Positions 29,814-44,294 are shown, counted from the stretch's first letter. The stretch is DNA of 64,000 bases from the human T2T-CHM13v2.0 reference genome, Homo sapiens (GCF_009914755.1 NC_060928.1); one strand, 5' to 3'. The notes: generated by a model not told the origin, from the sequence alone. A program made the numbers and translations.

Positions 29814-31185
29814 GTTCACCAGCAAGCTTTGATTCTCATATTGACAAAGTATTTTTCCACTTTTCAGCAATACTTTATTGTACTAATTTTTATCTCCATA
29901 CGTGCTCATAAATATTCCAGTAATAGTAAAGTATGTGACTTTTATTCCTTCTTTTTCTACCATTTTTGTAACCGATCATTTACATGTAAACGTACCAAAT
30001 GAACATCCACATGTACTTCTTCCACTGGCAATAAGAAAAGCAAAATTCCAGGGAGAAAATTTTGCTGTCTCTGGAAAATGATGTGACCCAAATTGGAAGT
30101 CTGAGTACTGAGTAAAGACAAGTCTGGAAGCAAGTAAGACTGGCATGGTTTGCATAGCTAAAATCAGTGATAAACTGATATGTCCGTGTGATAACAAAGT
30201 TAACTAGAAAAAAGGATTGAAAACGATTTATTTCAAGTAACTGAAATATTGGGACAAAATAAGTGTTTTGGAAAGAAAGATGTTATATTTAAATTCAGCG
30301 ACAGGATGATCAATGCACAACTAGAAAATCTGGGTCCTTTAAAATGGACTCTGTATCACCACTTTTTTCAATCCTTGCTTTCTTTCCCTTTCTTTTCTAC
30401 CTAGGACAGTGTCAATCAATGAAACATATATGGCCAAGAAAGTGGAAAACTGCAAAACTCAGGGGATGGGAGGGAACTCTTACATTTGATAATTTAAAAA
30501 TGTGGAAAGTAACCGAAGGAGAAACTGGTGAGGGTGTAGGTGACTTCAGACTTTGAGCAGCTAGCTCACTGTCAGCCTCCAAGAGGTCTTGTGAACAATG
30601 GCATCTCTTGCCTGCTGAAAAAAGACCTAGGCTTTACCCAGAAAGAAAACATCCTGGGATGAAGCCACCCTCACTGGGGGAAAATAAAGTTGTAGTAACT
30701 CGTCATTGTTCTCCCTGTCTCCCATCTTCTTCCTTTTTAGTACTTCCTTCACACCGTCTACCTCCCCCCAACCCCACCTGCAACAATCTCCTTCCACCAT
30801 AGATCTGGGTTTTCACTTCTCAGATATAGCCCCCCTGTGACATTCTGCAACTTGTCTTCCATGGCCTTCGAGGCGTCTATGATCAGCCTCTACCTGCATA
30901 GCCTCATCTTCCTTTGGTGCTGGCCTCAGATTTTATGCTTCAGTTCCTCATATAAGACATGTTGTTTTGCACCTCCATCGTTTGGGGGCTGTGTGATCTT
31001 GGACAATTTGCTTAATTGTTCTGTGCCTTAGATCACTCATCTGCCAAAATTTTTCATAAAGTTGTACAGGAATTAAATGAGTGAATATATGTAAAGTTCT
31101 TGGAATAATGCATGGTGAATAATAAGGGCTATAGAAAGGTTAGCAACTTATTGCTATTGTTCTTGTTGTTATTTTGAGCCTGGAT

Positions 31186-31635
31186 GTATTAATTTTTTTA
31201 TTACTGCATACAACCTAATGTCTTTAACACCAATGGTTATCTCTCATTTTCTGAATGTCAGCAGTCTGGACATGGTGTAACTGGATTTTTAGCTCAGGGT
31301 CCTGCAGGACTGAAACTAAAGTGTTAGTGTGGGCTGAGGTCCTATCTGAACATCTTCCAAGCTCCTTCCAAGCTCATGTGGTTGTTAACAGAATTCATCT
31401 CCTTGCAGCTATAGAATTCATGGCCAGCATGAATTCTGACCTCACCTTCTAAGAGTTTCCCTGATTAGGTCAGGCCCAATCAGATAATCTTTCTTTTGAT
31501 TAACTCCAAGTCAACTTGCTAGTGACATATCACAGAGTTATAGCCCATCATATTCACAGATTTCACTTGCACTCAAGAAGAGGTGTGTACATTGGGGGCA
31601 GGATTCTTGGGGTTTATCTTAGAATCCTGACTGCA
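31186..31635 (-). mobile_element. MLT1E-like MaLR LTR
   Basis: ttccaagctcatgtggttgttaacagaattca...gattaggtcaggccca...atcttagaatcctg. Confidence 0.75.
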
Positions 31636-32664
31636 AACTGGGTAACTGGAAATATTCTCTGTTCACTAAGTTGAATTGCACGTGGGTGAATACGTGATTC
31701 TGTAATCACCACCATCGTTTCAGATTTTTGTAGCATGTTTCTCACAGCATTCAGATGGATTCACATCAGTCTGGCTTCTGGAGCCGACATTCCCTATCCT
31801 GTAGTTTTCACTAACTGATGGGGTCAGTTAGCACCTTCAAAAGTCTTTTAGGAAGAGAACAGTTAGAGACTTGTAGCTGGTAAACTTCTTGACTAATACC
31901 CTGGAGTTCCAAAAGGATGACCCACAATTTGCAATCCCTTTCAGAAGCATTTGTTTGTACTTAATGACTTAAAATAGATGAAGACAGACCCCTCCTTAAT
32001 TGTCATTGGTGCCTGCCAATTCAAAGTAAATTTGTATCTGCTAGAGAAAATTTCACTTTCTTGACAGTCTTTTGCATTAGTATTTTAAAAGCTTTCCCTG
32101 TCCTTTTTTCTCATTTCGATTGTCTAGATTTTTTTTCTTGCATTTAACTCAGTGTATAATCCACAAAGAGGTATTACTAGTCAAAATCCCTAAAGGATGT
32201 AAAATACATCTAAAGAATATATTTTAGAAGATCAATTAAGAAGAAAAACTTGCTAAAGATGAAAAACCTTTTTAAAAAAAAAAGAAAGAAAAGAAAAGAA
32301 ATCAATTTCAACCAGATTCTAGGCAACAAGACATGGACAAAGAAGCAATAAGGAATACCTGTTTTTGAGTACAGTTCCCCCTAACAATGCTAAGTTTTCC
32401 TTTTTAATGGCATTTTACTTGCAGTTTTATACAAATGTGTCAAGCTAACGGGAAAAAATGAATCTGGCATGGTTGTGGGTTTGGAGGTTTGAAGTGTCTG
32501 TTTATCTGGCATTTCCTAACAAAGTATGATTTGTTATGCAAGCTATGATTTAGACCTGACCATAGCTGCCTTAGTGACCAGTATCCCTACAGCAACTTGG
32601 GAGGGGCTGGTTCATAAAGATAATCTAAGATAATATAGACTTATATTTCTTTTTTTCCTTCTAG

Positions 32665-32771
32665 GACAATATTATCTTATTCTTGAGAGGTTGTAAAGAG
32701 CTCGGCCTTAAAGAATCTCAACTTTTTGACCCGAGTGACCTCCAGGATACATCCAACAGAGTAACAGTCAA
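32665..32771 (+). CDS. LIMCH1: LIMCH1 exon, calponin-homology domain part ([36 protein letters not shown]), 107 nt, phase 0 to 2
   Basis: Acceptor ttcttttttccttctag|GAC, donor AA|gtaagt; CH-type NIxxFLxxC...LFxxxDL motif. Confidence 0.95.
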
Positions 32772-33612
32772 GTAAGTAAAGCGTGATTTATGTTTAAGGG
32801 AAACTCCTTTATAGTTTGATTTGCAATTTTGTGATGATGTTGTAAGTTCTAAGAGACAGAGAATTGGTTATGCTTAATAAAATAAAAATGTGAAGGTAAA
32901 AATCAACTTTCAAAACAACTCACATTGACTTTCCCTCTGTGCATAGCTTTCATTCTGATCAAACATCATTTTTTGAATGCAAAATTCTTGCATATAGAGT
33001 TTGAATTTTGAAGAGGAGAAAAATGTTAAGTAAAGATTAACAGAGAGGCAAGAAAGAAATAGGCACAGAATCAGTGTGTTAGACAAAAAACTTTTATTGG
33101 CACCAATTGAACATTTGAGTAGGCTCTTGGAAGGTAAACAGATCTGAACTCTGTTATGCAAAGAAAGCATTAGATTATGGAGAACTTGCTTCTTCATTTA
33201 CATGTGTAACTGTCTTCTCATATGTGTCAGTGATCAAGTTCTTTGAAGATGGATCAAGAACTTTGACTATATCTACTTAATGAGCCCTGTTTGGGCCAAA
33301 TAATTCTTGGAGCAGAATGTCACAATAAAAGAGACAGCAGTGTACTTTGTGTAAAGAAATAGCTTGTGACCAGGGTATGAGATGGCAGAGATAACTTTCC
33401 TGTAGTTTAGAAGTTCTTTAGATCCTACTGATTTCATATAAAACATTTTCCACTTTAGCCAAACAATGTTTGACATGGATATGCCTTAATAATAAACATA
33501 GTTACATAGATAGGGTCTGTGAATAGGTAACTTTTCTTCTTTTGATTGTTTTTGGAGTCATTTTATCATGAAGGAACAGAAAAGGGAGAGAAGCCAAAAT
33601 TCAGAGCTGTTA

Positions 33613-33750
33613 ATTTTATACAATTTGCTTGATTTTATACTATTTGCTTGATTTTTATATTATATTTGCTTGATTTTTATACATTTGATTTTATACTATT
33701 TGCTTGATTTTTTGTACTATTTGATTTTATACTATTTGCTTGATTTTTTA
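33613..33750. repeat. AT-rich minisatellite, unit ~tatttgcttgattttatac, ~7 copies
   Basis: Five tttgcttgatttt units and two shortened tttgatttt units. Confidence 0.9.
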
Positions 33751-34855
33751 TTTTTTAAAAAGGATGAGGAAAAATAGGAAAAAAATGAGAACTACTGGAT
33801 AAAATAAAATTTGGGGTTTATGTTGGATTTTGTGATTCATGACTGGGAATATGGGAGAGTTAGTAGTGATCTGTTATCTAAAAGTACTTTTCTGTTGTCA
33901 ATATGCCATTCTTTAAAACTTCTCTTGGAAAAATTTTAACTAAGCGAAAAAATAACAGAATAAAAATCAGGATATTTGAATATGGAAACCGCACTAAACC
34001 TCATCTTGGTCATCACATGCCCCATTTATTATTGTACTTAAATCTATCCTCTATAAACCATTGTTCACTTTAGGAAATTGTTTTAGGTTCTGCCTCATCT
34101 CCCATTCATAGTTTCACCCGGGTGGCAAGTGACCAGAAACAATAGCAACTGTGCAGCTTCGTAGGTAATAATTAGTCACACACACATTGCTTGGAGGGTG
34201 AAGGAAAGGTCACTTTGAAAGTGTCTGCAGCTGCATTCATTTTTTTTTAGAGCCACTTTAAATCAGTATGTTACTAAACCAGAATTCTGAGCCTGATTGG
34301 TTTTAAAAATTCAAATCTCGTATCACCTTTATTGCTTATCTACAAAAAACTGGGCATCAGGAAAATGAGGATCTAGCCCTAGGTCTGCTGCTCACTAGAT
34401 CTGAAGCCCTGGTTAAGCTCCCTTCTTCAGCAGGCCCCATGTATTCATCTAAAAATTGAAACTGGATGGAATATTCCATCTGGTATGATTCTGGGTCAAG
34501 CTTGCTCAGTGCAGATATGGGAAGATGGAACAACTGACTTGTAAAAAAAAAGAGATTTAAATCAAGGTGTGGAAAGAAATCTAAAGGGGAAAATGTCACG
34601 TAGGCAAGTGACACGTGGATACAGTCCCTTCTTAGTTACTGTACCATCTTTTTGTTTTCCTGTTGATTTTTCCGTCTTTTTTTCTGTCTCCTTTTCTTCC
34701 TTCTGCCTTCCCTCCCTTTTTAATCCCGTCTTTCCATCTATCTCTCCTTTTGTATTTCTTCTCCTCATTTTCTTTTTAATGTTTCCTTCACTTGGGTACT
34801 CTTATTTTCTTTAGGCAATACTTTGCCATCACATTCCCCCATGACCCTGGCATTT

Positions 34856-35370
34856 TTCATTCATTCATTCAACAAATGTTTGCTGAGCAGCTTCTGTGTG
34901 TTAGATACTTTTCATCACTAGAGAAATAGAATGAACTCAGATAGCCAAGGTCTTCTGCTCATGTGGAGTTTACAATCCAGTGTCAAGAAATGAGAAGCAA
35001 AGAAGTAAACAAAGAAGATCATTGCAGGAAGTGATAAGTGCTGAGAAGAAAATAAAATGGAGTGATAAGCAAAAGACAGTGGCCAGTCCGGAGGTGGTTG
35101 AGGGTGGCTTCTCTGAAGTGCTGGCATTTCAGCTGAGCACTAACTGGGGGCTGAGACACAAATAGGAAGGAAGAACAGGCTGTGGGAAGATCTGTGGGGC
35201 ATTCAGGACAGAGAAAGAGCAGGTACAAAGTCAGGGGAAGAGGAACCACAAGCTTCATGTTTAAAAGAAAGAAAAGTAACTGGTGTGGTTGAAGGATAAT
35301 GTGTAAGGACATGTGTGGTGGGCGTGGCAGTCCACAAGCAGGGTAGGATGTTGAACTCAGAATCATTATA
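34856..35370 (-). mobile_element. L2 LINE 3' region
   Basis: ttcattcattcattcaacaaatgtttgctgagc (reverse L2 tail) followed by L2-like purine-rich body. Confidence 0.75.
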
Positions 35371-35811
35371 GAGAAAAAACATTTTACTGTATGAGTATTT
35401 CAAAGAACATAAAGAATTTTATCTTAAAATGATGCTATAAATTCACTTACAGTACGTAGAAAGTTGTTTCTGGTTTTAGTAAGGAGTAGAGTATGGAATA
35501 AACTATCGGATTTCGTGTATTTTTGATAAGTGATGCTGGTTTAATTTGGCACTGTGCAGGGAATGCTTGTAACATATGCAGATTTTGTAAACTAAGGTAG
35601 TTAAAGTGGAACTGCTATATTTCTCTGTTGTCCCTCTAAGAGCTGAGCAGGACATCTGTAGACACAGAGAGGAGCACCCCATTGCCACCAATTACTAGCG
35701 GAAGCAGTAAGGTATAGGGATAGATCCCACAGAAGAGCTTTGGATGGTTTTCTGGAAGTTTTGTTTCAGAAAATACTCTTTCATTTAGCTTTCATGATAG
35801 GCAGTTTTTCT

Positions 35812-35869
35812 TGTGTGGTGTGTGTGTGTGTGTGTGTGTGTTTTCTTTTAGAAGAAACTTGAGTAGACC

Positions 35870-35896
<27 letters not shown>
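35812..35896. repeat. (TG)n microsatellite and adjacent poly(A) run
   Basis: Directly visible. Confidence 0.9.
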
Positions 35897-35901
<5 letters not shown>

Positions 35902-36320
35902 AAAGCCTGCAAGTGATTACTGCATGTGTAATTTAGTGAACTCTACCTGTAATGGATGCCAGACAACCTTGATGGGAAATGAAAGTGTAATCTAGACAGG
36001 CACACAGCAAGTATTATTCCAAGGAATCAAAGCAACTGGACGAAATGTACGCAGGCTCTGGATTGCTCCCGAGTGTCTCTGTCAAAATTTGGAAGTATTT
36101 CCACATAATAGGTGGGAGTCATTCAACAAATATTTTGTGAGCTTCTACTATGTACCAAGCATAATTTTTAGCACTGGGTTACAGTCTTAGTGAACTTTTA
36201 TCATCACTGCAGAAAAAGCTTTATGTTCCCTATTCTTAATTTGTTTTCCATAAAAGTTTCAAATCTTTTATAGATTTTTAAAAATCTGGTTTCTTTCTTA
36301 AATTAAAAACCCTAGCAGAT

Positions 36321-36647
<327 letters not shown>

Positions 36648-37619
36648 TTAAATCAAATCCAAACTGGACTAATGCTTCTTTCAATCTATGTCCTTGTTGA
36701 TGGGTTTATTTCCATGGTATGCTACTTGTTTTCTATTTCTTCAAATTTCAATGGACTTAAAATGGTTCACTTATTCATTAATATGTACTTTAGGTCAGTG
36801 TATGCTGCAATGAAGTAATCAGGGTCTAAATACTTGCAGGAATTCTTGACTGGTTTATATGATAGTCTTACACTCCCTTCCCCCTCACCGAAGTTACTGT
36901 GGAAAAAAGAAGTGCAGTTTGTTTTTTCTAGTGTGTATTTGTTGACGTGTTAAAAAAACTTTGAAATAATTTTGCAGGAAGTCTTATTTCATTGTATGAA
37001 TATTTCGAAGTAGCTTTTTTGTTTATAGTTAGAGAGTAAACATGGGTGCATATTTGAGCATGCATGTGTGTATATTTGAACATAACAGGCATATTTTCCT
37101 GCTTATGGCTTATTCCCAGTGCTAATTTATGTCCAGAGCAGAAAAGAACAAATATTTGGATAGGATTCCTTCTTGTACACATATTTTCAGGTCTGTCTAA
37201 TTAAATAAGGTTTTAGACCTGTGTTAAAAATACTTGCATGAAGATTTTGGAAGTGCAGTCGGATTTCAGTTTGACGGTGGTCTATAATCAAGGCAGAATC
37301 TTCAGTGGTTAATCTTTGAGAACACAACTATGAATAGTCCCAGTTCTGATCGGACTTTTTCTATTTCCAGAAATTATAAAGCATCGTCTTTTTATAGCGT
37401 ACTGTGGAACTTTAATCCCACCTTGTCCTTCTACATTTTGTTTCCTAATTAACTTTATTCAGTGCCCGAAATCACAAAACTTAAGCCTTAAAAAATAATA
37501 CATTCTTCTGATTTCATTATATATGTTAGCTTCAAGTACATCTTAGTGGCATTTAAGGAAAGGTCACAATTTAGAATCTGCTATTCTGACAATATTTTCT
37601 TTTCCCTTTCCTTGACTAG

Positions 37620-37650
37620 GAGCCTTGATTATAGTAGGAAGCTGAAAAAT
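37620..37650 (+). CDS. LIMCH1: LIMCH1 31-nt exon (K-SLDYSRKLKN), phase 2 to 0
   Basis: Acceptor ttttccctttccttgactag|G, donor AAT|gtaagt; bridges the frames of the flanking exons. Confidence 0.92.
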
Positions 37651-37971
37651 GTAAGTGTTTTAACTTCCAAACTTGTATCTTTGATGGTTCAAGTGTAAAA
37701 TTTAGCTAATTCAGTGTTTCTCATATGCCTTGCTGGAAAAAGTCCTTAGAAAAAAGTATATGTGTATTTCATAGAATAGTTAATGACCATGATAGAAATA
37801 AAAATAGTAAATTGTGTATGTGTTGGGCTGGGGTGGTGGTGGTTCTCTTTATTTAGATAAGTGCTCAATCCAGAAATAAACAAGTGAAAGCTTGTACTCT
37901 GTTTATGATTCAGTTTCTTAAACACAAAATGATCAGGCTCAATACTAACATTAGCCCCTTTCCATTTGTAG

Positions 37972-38018
37972 GCACAGATGGGATTATTAAATTAAGGAGT
38001 TTGGCAAATTGTTGTAGG
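37972..38018 (+). other. Candidate 47-nt cassette (poison or 5'UTR) exon
   Basis: TACTAAC at 37943-37949, ccccttccatttgtag-like acceptor, AGG|gtaaga donor; TAA in the CH reading frame. Confidence 0.55.
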
Positions 38019-39638
38019 GTAAGATCTGCACAATATGAATAGTGTTGACTGCCATGGGCCTATACTCTATGTATTTTGTTCTCCTTTAAATCTTTTGCAC
38101 TTTTATTAGTACTTGCCCAAATGAACTTTTTGTAGATCTTATTTTCAAAAGGCAAGTATGTTAGTGCTGTTTTATTTTCAGTTTAGATTGAGGAATGAAA
38201 GAAGTCACATTCTGCATCTAAAATTTTAAAATTGGCTGAAGCCTCTTTTTAAAAAAGTTTCCCTAGGTGCTATTATATTTGATTGGCATTTTCATTCTTA
38301 TCTTCTTTTTCCTCCTTTATAAAACTAGAGGTATACGCCATTTTTCATCATAAAATTTTAAACAAATCAGAAAACCTTTAACCTAAAACACAACAGTCTA
38401 TTTTCCATTCCCCCGTTATACCTTTTAAGATAGCCTCATACTCTCAGCACACATTAGTTATTTTATGGTCCTAGTTAATGTCCTGACGTTTGAATCTCTG
38501 GAAATTTATTTGTAAGCAATCAGTTCAAAAGGATGTTCTGGAAGTTTCGAGGGATTCATGAAGTAAAATTTTCCCACAGAGGTAGAAAACAGAATCACCT
38601 CTTAGCATCAGTGCACATAACCATATTTTGGGTCTGTCGCCAGCTGGACTCATGTAACTATACCATGTTGTCCGAAACATTTTCTGGCCTACCAAGTAGA
38701 AGGAGGCACAATAAGTACTTCCCAGACTGGCTGAAGCGATAAGACAGAGTGTGAAAAGAAAATACTCATCTTAGCTTCTACATGGGCCTCAGATACTTGT
38801 AATTCAGTGTGAAGGAGCTCATCTTCAGCTGACTCTGCTGGGTTTCATGGGAAGTGAATGTAAAGAGGATTTGCTTTTGTGGACAATTTCTTTGGAAATA
38901 CAGAACAAAATTAACTTGGGACCGTAGCTTCAGACCATTGAATACTCATAGACATTCTTAAATATCCAAGGTTGTTTAATTGGTAGCAAGCCTTGTCAAG
39001 GCTCAAAATTTCCCATCTCAGATTAATGGGAATCTAACTATACCCCAAAGCTAGGTATCTGCAGATCATATTCTTCATGACACTGCTTTCTTTTGACTTT
39101 AATTAGATATATTATGTTGATCCTGTGCTGGGAACCACTAATTAACCTTTATCACTTGTTTGGGATTTTATTTTTTTTCTGCCATTGGCCTTAGCAGAAC
39201 CTCTGTGCCCACAAGTAGAAATTATGGGCCTTCAAAAGCACCTTTCTCAAAAGGAATTGACAGTCTCTTTCATTGCTTCTCTGGATAAAGATTCCAAAGC
39301 ATTTTTGAAAAATTGTGAAACCTTCACTACATAAAAGATAATGTGGGTAGATTCATTTTTCCTTCTTGCTGTCTTAGAGATCATTTCCTCACTACCTAAC
39401 TTTCCCTGACGCTGGAGTCGTTTTAACTACTCAACCGTGTTTGTGTTGCCTGACATGGCATTGGGTTCTTATTAAAGTGATTTTACATTTAATGGATACC
39501 TCATGGGTGGTGGTTTTTTAAAATCGATGTAAATCAGCTCTTTCCTTCCTGCCTTCCTGTTAGTGGTACATTATTGACTCCTTAGTTTAAACGTCATTCT
39601 TGAGGGAAAAATCTGCTCTTGTGCGTTTTGTTCCACAG

Positions 39639-39749
39639 GTATTAGTTACCATTTACTGGCTGGGAAAAGCAGCAAACAGCTGCACATCCTACAGCGGAAC
39701 GACACTAAACCTGAAGGAGTTTGAAGGATTGTTGGCTCAGATGCGAAAG
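39639..39749 (+). CDS. LIMCH1: LIMCH1 exon, end of CH domain ([37 protein letters not shown]), 111 nt, phase 0 to 0; internal ATG at 39741 could start CH-less isoforms (MRK-DTDD...)
   Basis: Acceptor ttttgttccacag|GTA, donor AAG|gtaact; 37 open codons. Confidence 0.95.
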
Positions 39750-40523
39750 GTAACTTGGCTTTTCTTCTTTATCCCATAAGCGTTAGACAAGGTGGGAAAG
39801 CTACACATTTGCTTGTTTTTAAGATTACTAGAGTACTGGGTTGTGGAATGGTATGAGCCAAAGATATGCACTCAAGGAAACGATCACTTGTCTTACCAAT
39901 GACATCTTTGCCTCATGCATGTCACACCTACCTGCACTTTCATACCCTTCAGAGAACAGGAGTTCTGAGCTCCATCCAACTTTTTAATTCCAAAAAAGCA
40001 AATTCAATCTATCAGTATATGCCTTTGTATGCCAAGATGCTCAGTGCTTGTTTTCTTGGGGGAATAATGCTTGAATTAAACAATGCAGTATTATGCAAAA
40101 ATGAAGACTCGCTCTGCACTTTTGTGCTAAAGGGCATTTTGCTTACCCACTGGGGCCTTGATGTGGGTGAGGTAACGTGAACCAAGCTCTTACCTTGGCA
40201 TACGCTCTGGACAAGGCGGGATACATTAAATGCATTCTCCTCTAACATGTGCATGTTATAGCCACTGTTTTTGAATGACATAGGAATTTGGAAAACATTT
40301 CATACATTGTTAAAAGCTTCATTTGTTTCTTTGAGTATAGAAAAGACTGACCTAAGGTAGGGATTTGTCAAGGAAACAGTTGAATGTTTCATGTGTACTA
40401 CTTGCCTGAATGTTTCATCTGAAGGTCCAGCAATATACAACTCATACAAATGGCTAGTACATAGTGTTACCCAGGAGAGGCCCTCCCAACCCGCCTTAGT
40501 GTACAGGTAAGGCTTATTTATAA

Positions 40524-40883
<360 letters not shown>

Positions 40884-41709
40884 TAATTGAGGCCTTACTC
40901 TTCCTCATTTCTCTAGTATGCAAAATAAATGAACTAGAAACATTCAGTTCCTTGCAATTTTTCTTTTAATACTGAAAGCAAGAATTGGTTCCAATTTTCT
41001 AAACATTTATTTTCCTTTCCTTAAATTAAAGCTAATGGTCCTGATAGTTCTTCACATTTGGCTAAGGCCAGTCTGGCTCATGTATTTATAAATGGCCAAA
41101 GCTTTCATATTGGTCATAACGCACATACACAAGGTACTTTAAGCTGAATTCCTTTAAAAATTAAATAAACACAGACACACAATGAAGCACAACTCATTGC
41201 TTCTCAGTCTCACCTCTTATTTGCCCTTTAATTTCTCATCTAACATCCAGTCTGGATTTGAGATGTCTAAATGTTTATTGTTTTTATATTAAATTTGGAC
41301 TTGAATAATAATAGATGGGTCATGAAGCTTTGTCTCACAGTTCCCCTGCTAGATTCTGTTGGAATCTGATTTATTCTCATGATTGACATTTCTTACTACT
41401 AGTCCAGCTCCTGTAGAATCTGAGCAGCTATTGGTTTCTTCAACTCTCCTAGCTTCTCTTTCTACAGTTAGTTTCTTCAACTGCTGTAAAATGACCTGTT
41501 GTTAACAGCTGTTACCCTTTTTGTTGAATGTAGGTAACATCACAGGACATGGTGGAGTAAGTAGTATCCCTGGATACATGACTCTTAGCAAAAATGGCCA
41601 GCCATGATACTGCCATATCTCCATCTAGAGAGAAAATGACTTGAACTTCACTGGACTATCTGAGCACCTGGAAATACTAGTTTTATATGTGATATATATA
41701 ATCTCATTT

Positions 41710-42201
41710 TGTCAGTTAGGATCGGGTTCAGCTGGGAAACACAAAAGCCTCAAAATAACAGATAAAATAAGACAACAATTTTATTTCTAATTCACATAAA
41801 TGAGACGTGGACATGAGCAGTCCAGGGCTGATGTGGGGTTCCATGTCTTTTCACCAACAGAAGGCCCAAGCTTCTTTGTCTTTTTGTACCAACAACCTCA
41901 ACCCATGGCTGTTCACCTGCTGATCCAAGATGGCTGTTCAGGCTTTAGCCATCATGTCCACATTCAGCCAAGAAAAGGGAGGAATGGCGGGGAGAAGATT
42001 CCATGCTCTCCCTTTAAACACACCTCTGGGAAATTACACACTACACACATAGCTACATCTTACAGACTTGAACTTGGTCATGCATCCATATCTAGCTGCA
42101 AGCAAAGACTTGGGGAAAGTAGACTTTATTTCAGCTAAAAACTGTAGGCATTTTTGTTAGGAGAGCAGATATTGAGGGACAACTGTAATCTCTTCTGCAC
42201 A
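41710..42201 (-). mobile_element. MLT1J-like MaLR LTR
   Basis: gcagtccagggctg...caagatggctg...gaacttggtcatgc...ctagctgcaag...gatattgagggacaact. Confidence 0.75.
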
Positions 42202-44294
42202 TATGCAGGCTGAAATAAATTTGAAATTAGTTTTTTTTCTTTCACAAAGGAGATTATCCACAAATTTTTATATTCATTTTTCTAGTGGGTGAAATGTGCA
42301 TAAAAATGATTCACTAGGGTGCAACTTGTTAAGTTCTATAGTAAAGGTGACCCAGGTAGAGCCCTTGGCATAAAGTCTGGCATGTAGTAGGTATTCATAG
42401 ATTGCTGCTACTGCTGTATTTTTTTTTAAAGGATCTCTAACATCACAGTGACAGTGGCCTTTCACTGAGACTGGATATGTCAGAAAAGTCCTTCCAAAGG
42501 AAGTGGCACTTCAGCTGAACAAAGAGGATTTACTACAAGAATATTAAGATTGAAGGGACACCCATGGGGACGAGGGTGGCCCTGGAGATTTCAGGATCTT
42601 TCTCTCATCTCTTATCTCTCCTTAAACTCATTATTTCTTCCTATAGGCAAACATTCCCTTATAACAGGGAGCGTGGCCAGTATCATCCCCAGGATTACTT
42701 GCTTCTAGCTCCTTGCCCAGAAAAGCAAGGGAATGCTGTCCCCTGGCCCCAGGTGTAAAAAATTCCTAGTAATGTACCCTGGCCCCATGTGGACCTTATT
42801 CCTGAAGCAGTCACTGTGATCAGGGGCAAGTGATACCGTGACTGGCCCAGGCTACTCCTGTTTCAGGGGGTGAGGGGTATTACAGGAAGAAAGGGAAAAG
42901 GGGAGGGAGCATGGTGGGCAAGCAGATGCAAGATCTCTGCCTAAAAGAGCAACCATCTCAATTTCTAGTCCCTCAACCCACCTTATGTTTTTTTTTTTTC
43001 ATGATACTTATCATCCAATTTTGTATTCATTTGTGTTTTTCTGTGTATTTTTTGTCTTCTTTACTGGAATTTAAGACCCATGAAGACAGGGTATTTGTTG
43101 ATTTTTCTGGAATGTTGTGAACTAGAACAGTGCCTGTCACACAGAAGATGCTCAGTAGATATTTGTGGAATGAACAGCTTCCACAACCAGAGGGTGGTGG
43201 GTGGAGAGTGGCTGAGCAGGCTGGAAAAGTAGAACCCTAAAGCCCTCTAGATCAGGGTGAGCCACCTTACAAATCACAAAGGGAGCAGAAAATGTTGAGC
43301 GGTAAAAGAGAAGCATCTGGAGTTTCTCAGAAACTGTTAAGTCATCCACCAGTCCTAGCTGGTTCTTGTTATGTCTGAGAAAGGGGGATAGGAGGAAGAT
43401 GAGTAAAATAATCCCAAAATTTCATGAAGCTAGTAGTTCTCACCCCTTCATTAACATACTTTAACTAGAGTAACTCAGTAGCAGTTAGCACAAGGGACTG
43501 AGATTCTAGATGAAAAGCAGAGACAATGTTAATTAGAGCCCAAGAAAGGAGAATGTAGATGTGCTAGTCTCTGTTGGTTTATATCTTCTGCTCGCCATCA
43601 GAAGCTTCACTTTAAGTGACCAGAAAATGAGATATGGTGACTTGATGGGAACCAATAGAATTGTCCATCCAGCTGATATCCTCATTTTTATTTCTGGCTG
43701 AAGAGCCAGCCTGTCACTTCACCCTGAGCTTCCTCGGGACGAGCTTGGCCAAGCACAGCCCTGGGTGGCCTGGTTTTCACTGTTCAAACTGGCCATGCCA
43801 TTCAGCTCCCAGCTCTTGCACTTGGTCCAAGGTTTGATTCTTGGCTTTCTACACAGCCGTGACTATAACGGCCTCTCTGTTTTTCCTTCCCATAACTATC
43901 TGTGAGAAAGCAACTAACGCTCCAAGAGGCATGTTGACTTTCTCCTTTCTTCTCCTGTGGTTTGTAGGGTGAGGGTGGGGAAGACATTTGGGCCTGTGGG
44001 GAGCCTTTCTGATATTATTTTCTTGAAAGTCCAGTTGTGTAATGGCTGCACCAAGGAACTTGTAGCTGTGTCATTTCCAGATGTGACCAGCGGTCCGCCT
44101 CCCTGAGTGTCTGCCTTCCCTGATGGTAAATTAGGCTCAAGACATCTAGACATGGGATATAAATGAAGAGAGAGATAGAGGAGTGTCAGGATGTGTAGAA
44201 AGTTGTGTCCTTAGCTACATTTATAAATGTTTTATGATTTGTATATATTGAAATTTACCCATTTGAGAGAATAAATTGTAGTAATTATAACTAT

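Noticed and set aside
38295-38336. Pyrimidine tract then ag|gtatac as a recursive splice site or microexon
   Set aside because: Weak donor, tract interrupted by an A-run, and the intron is only ~2 kb.
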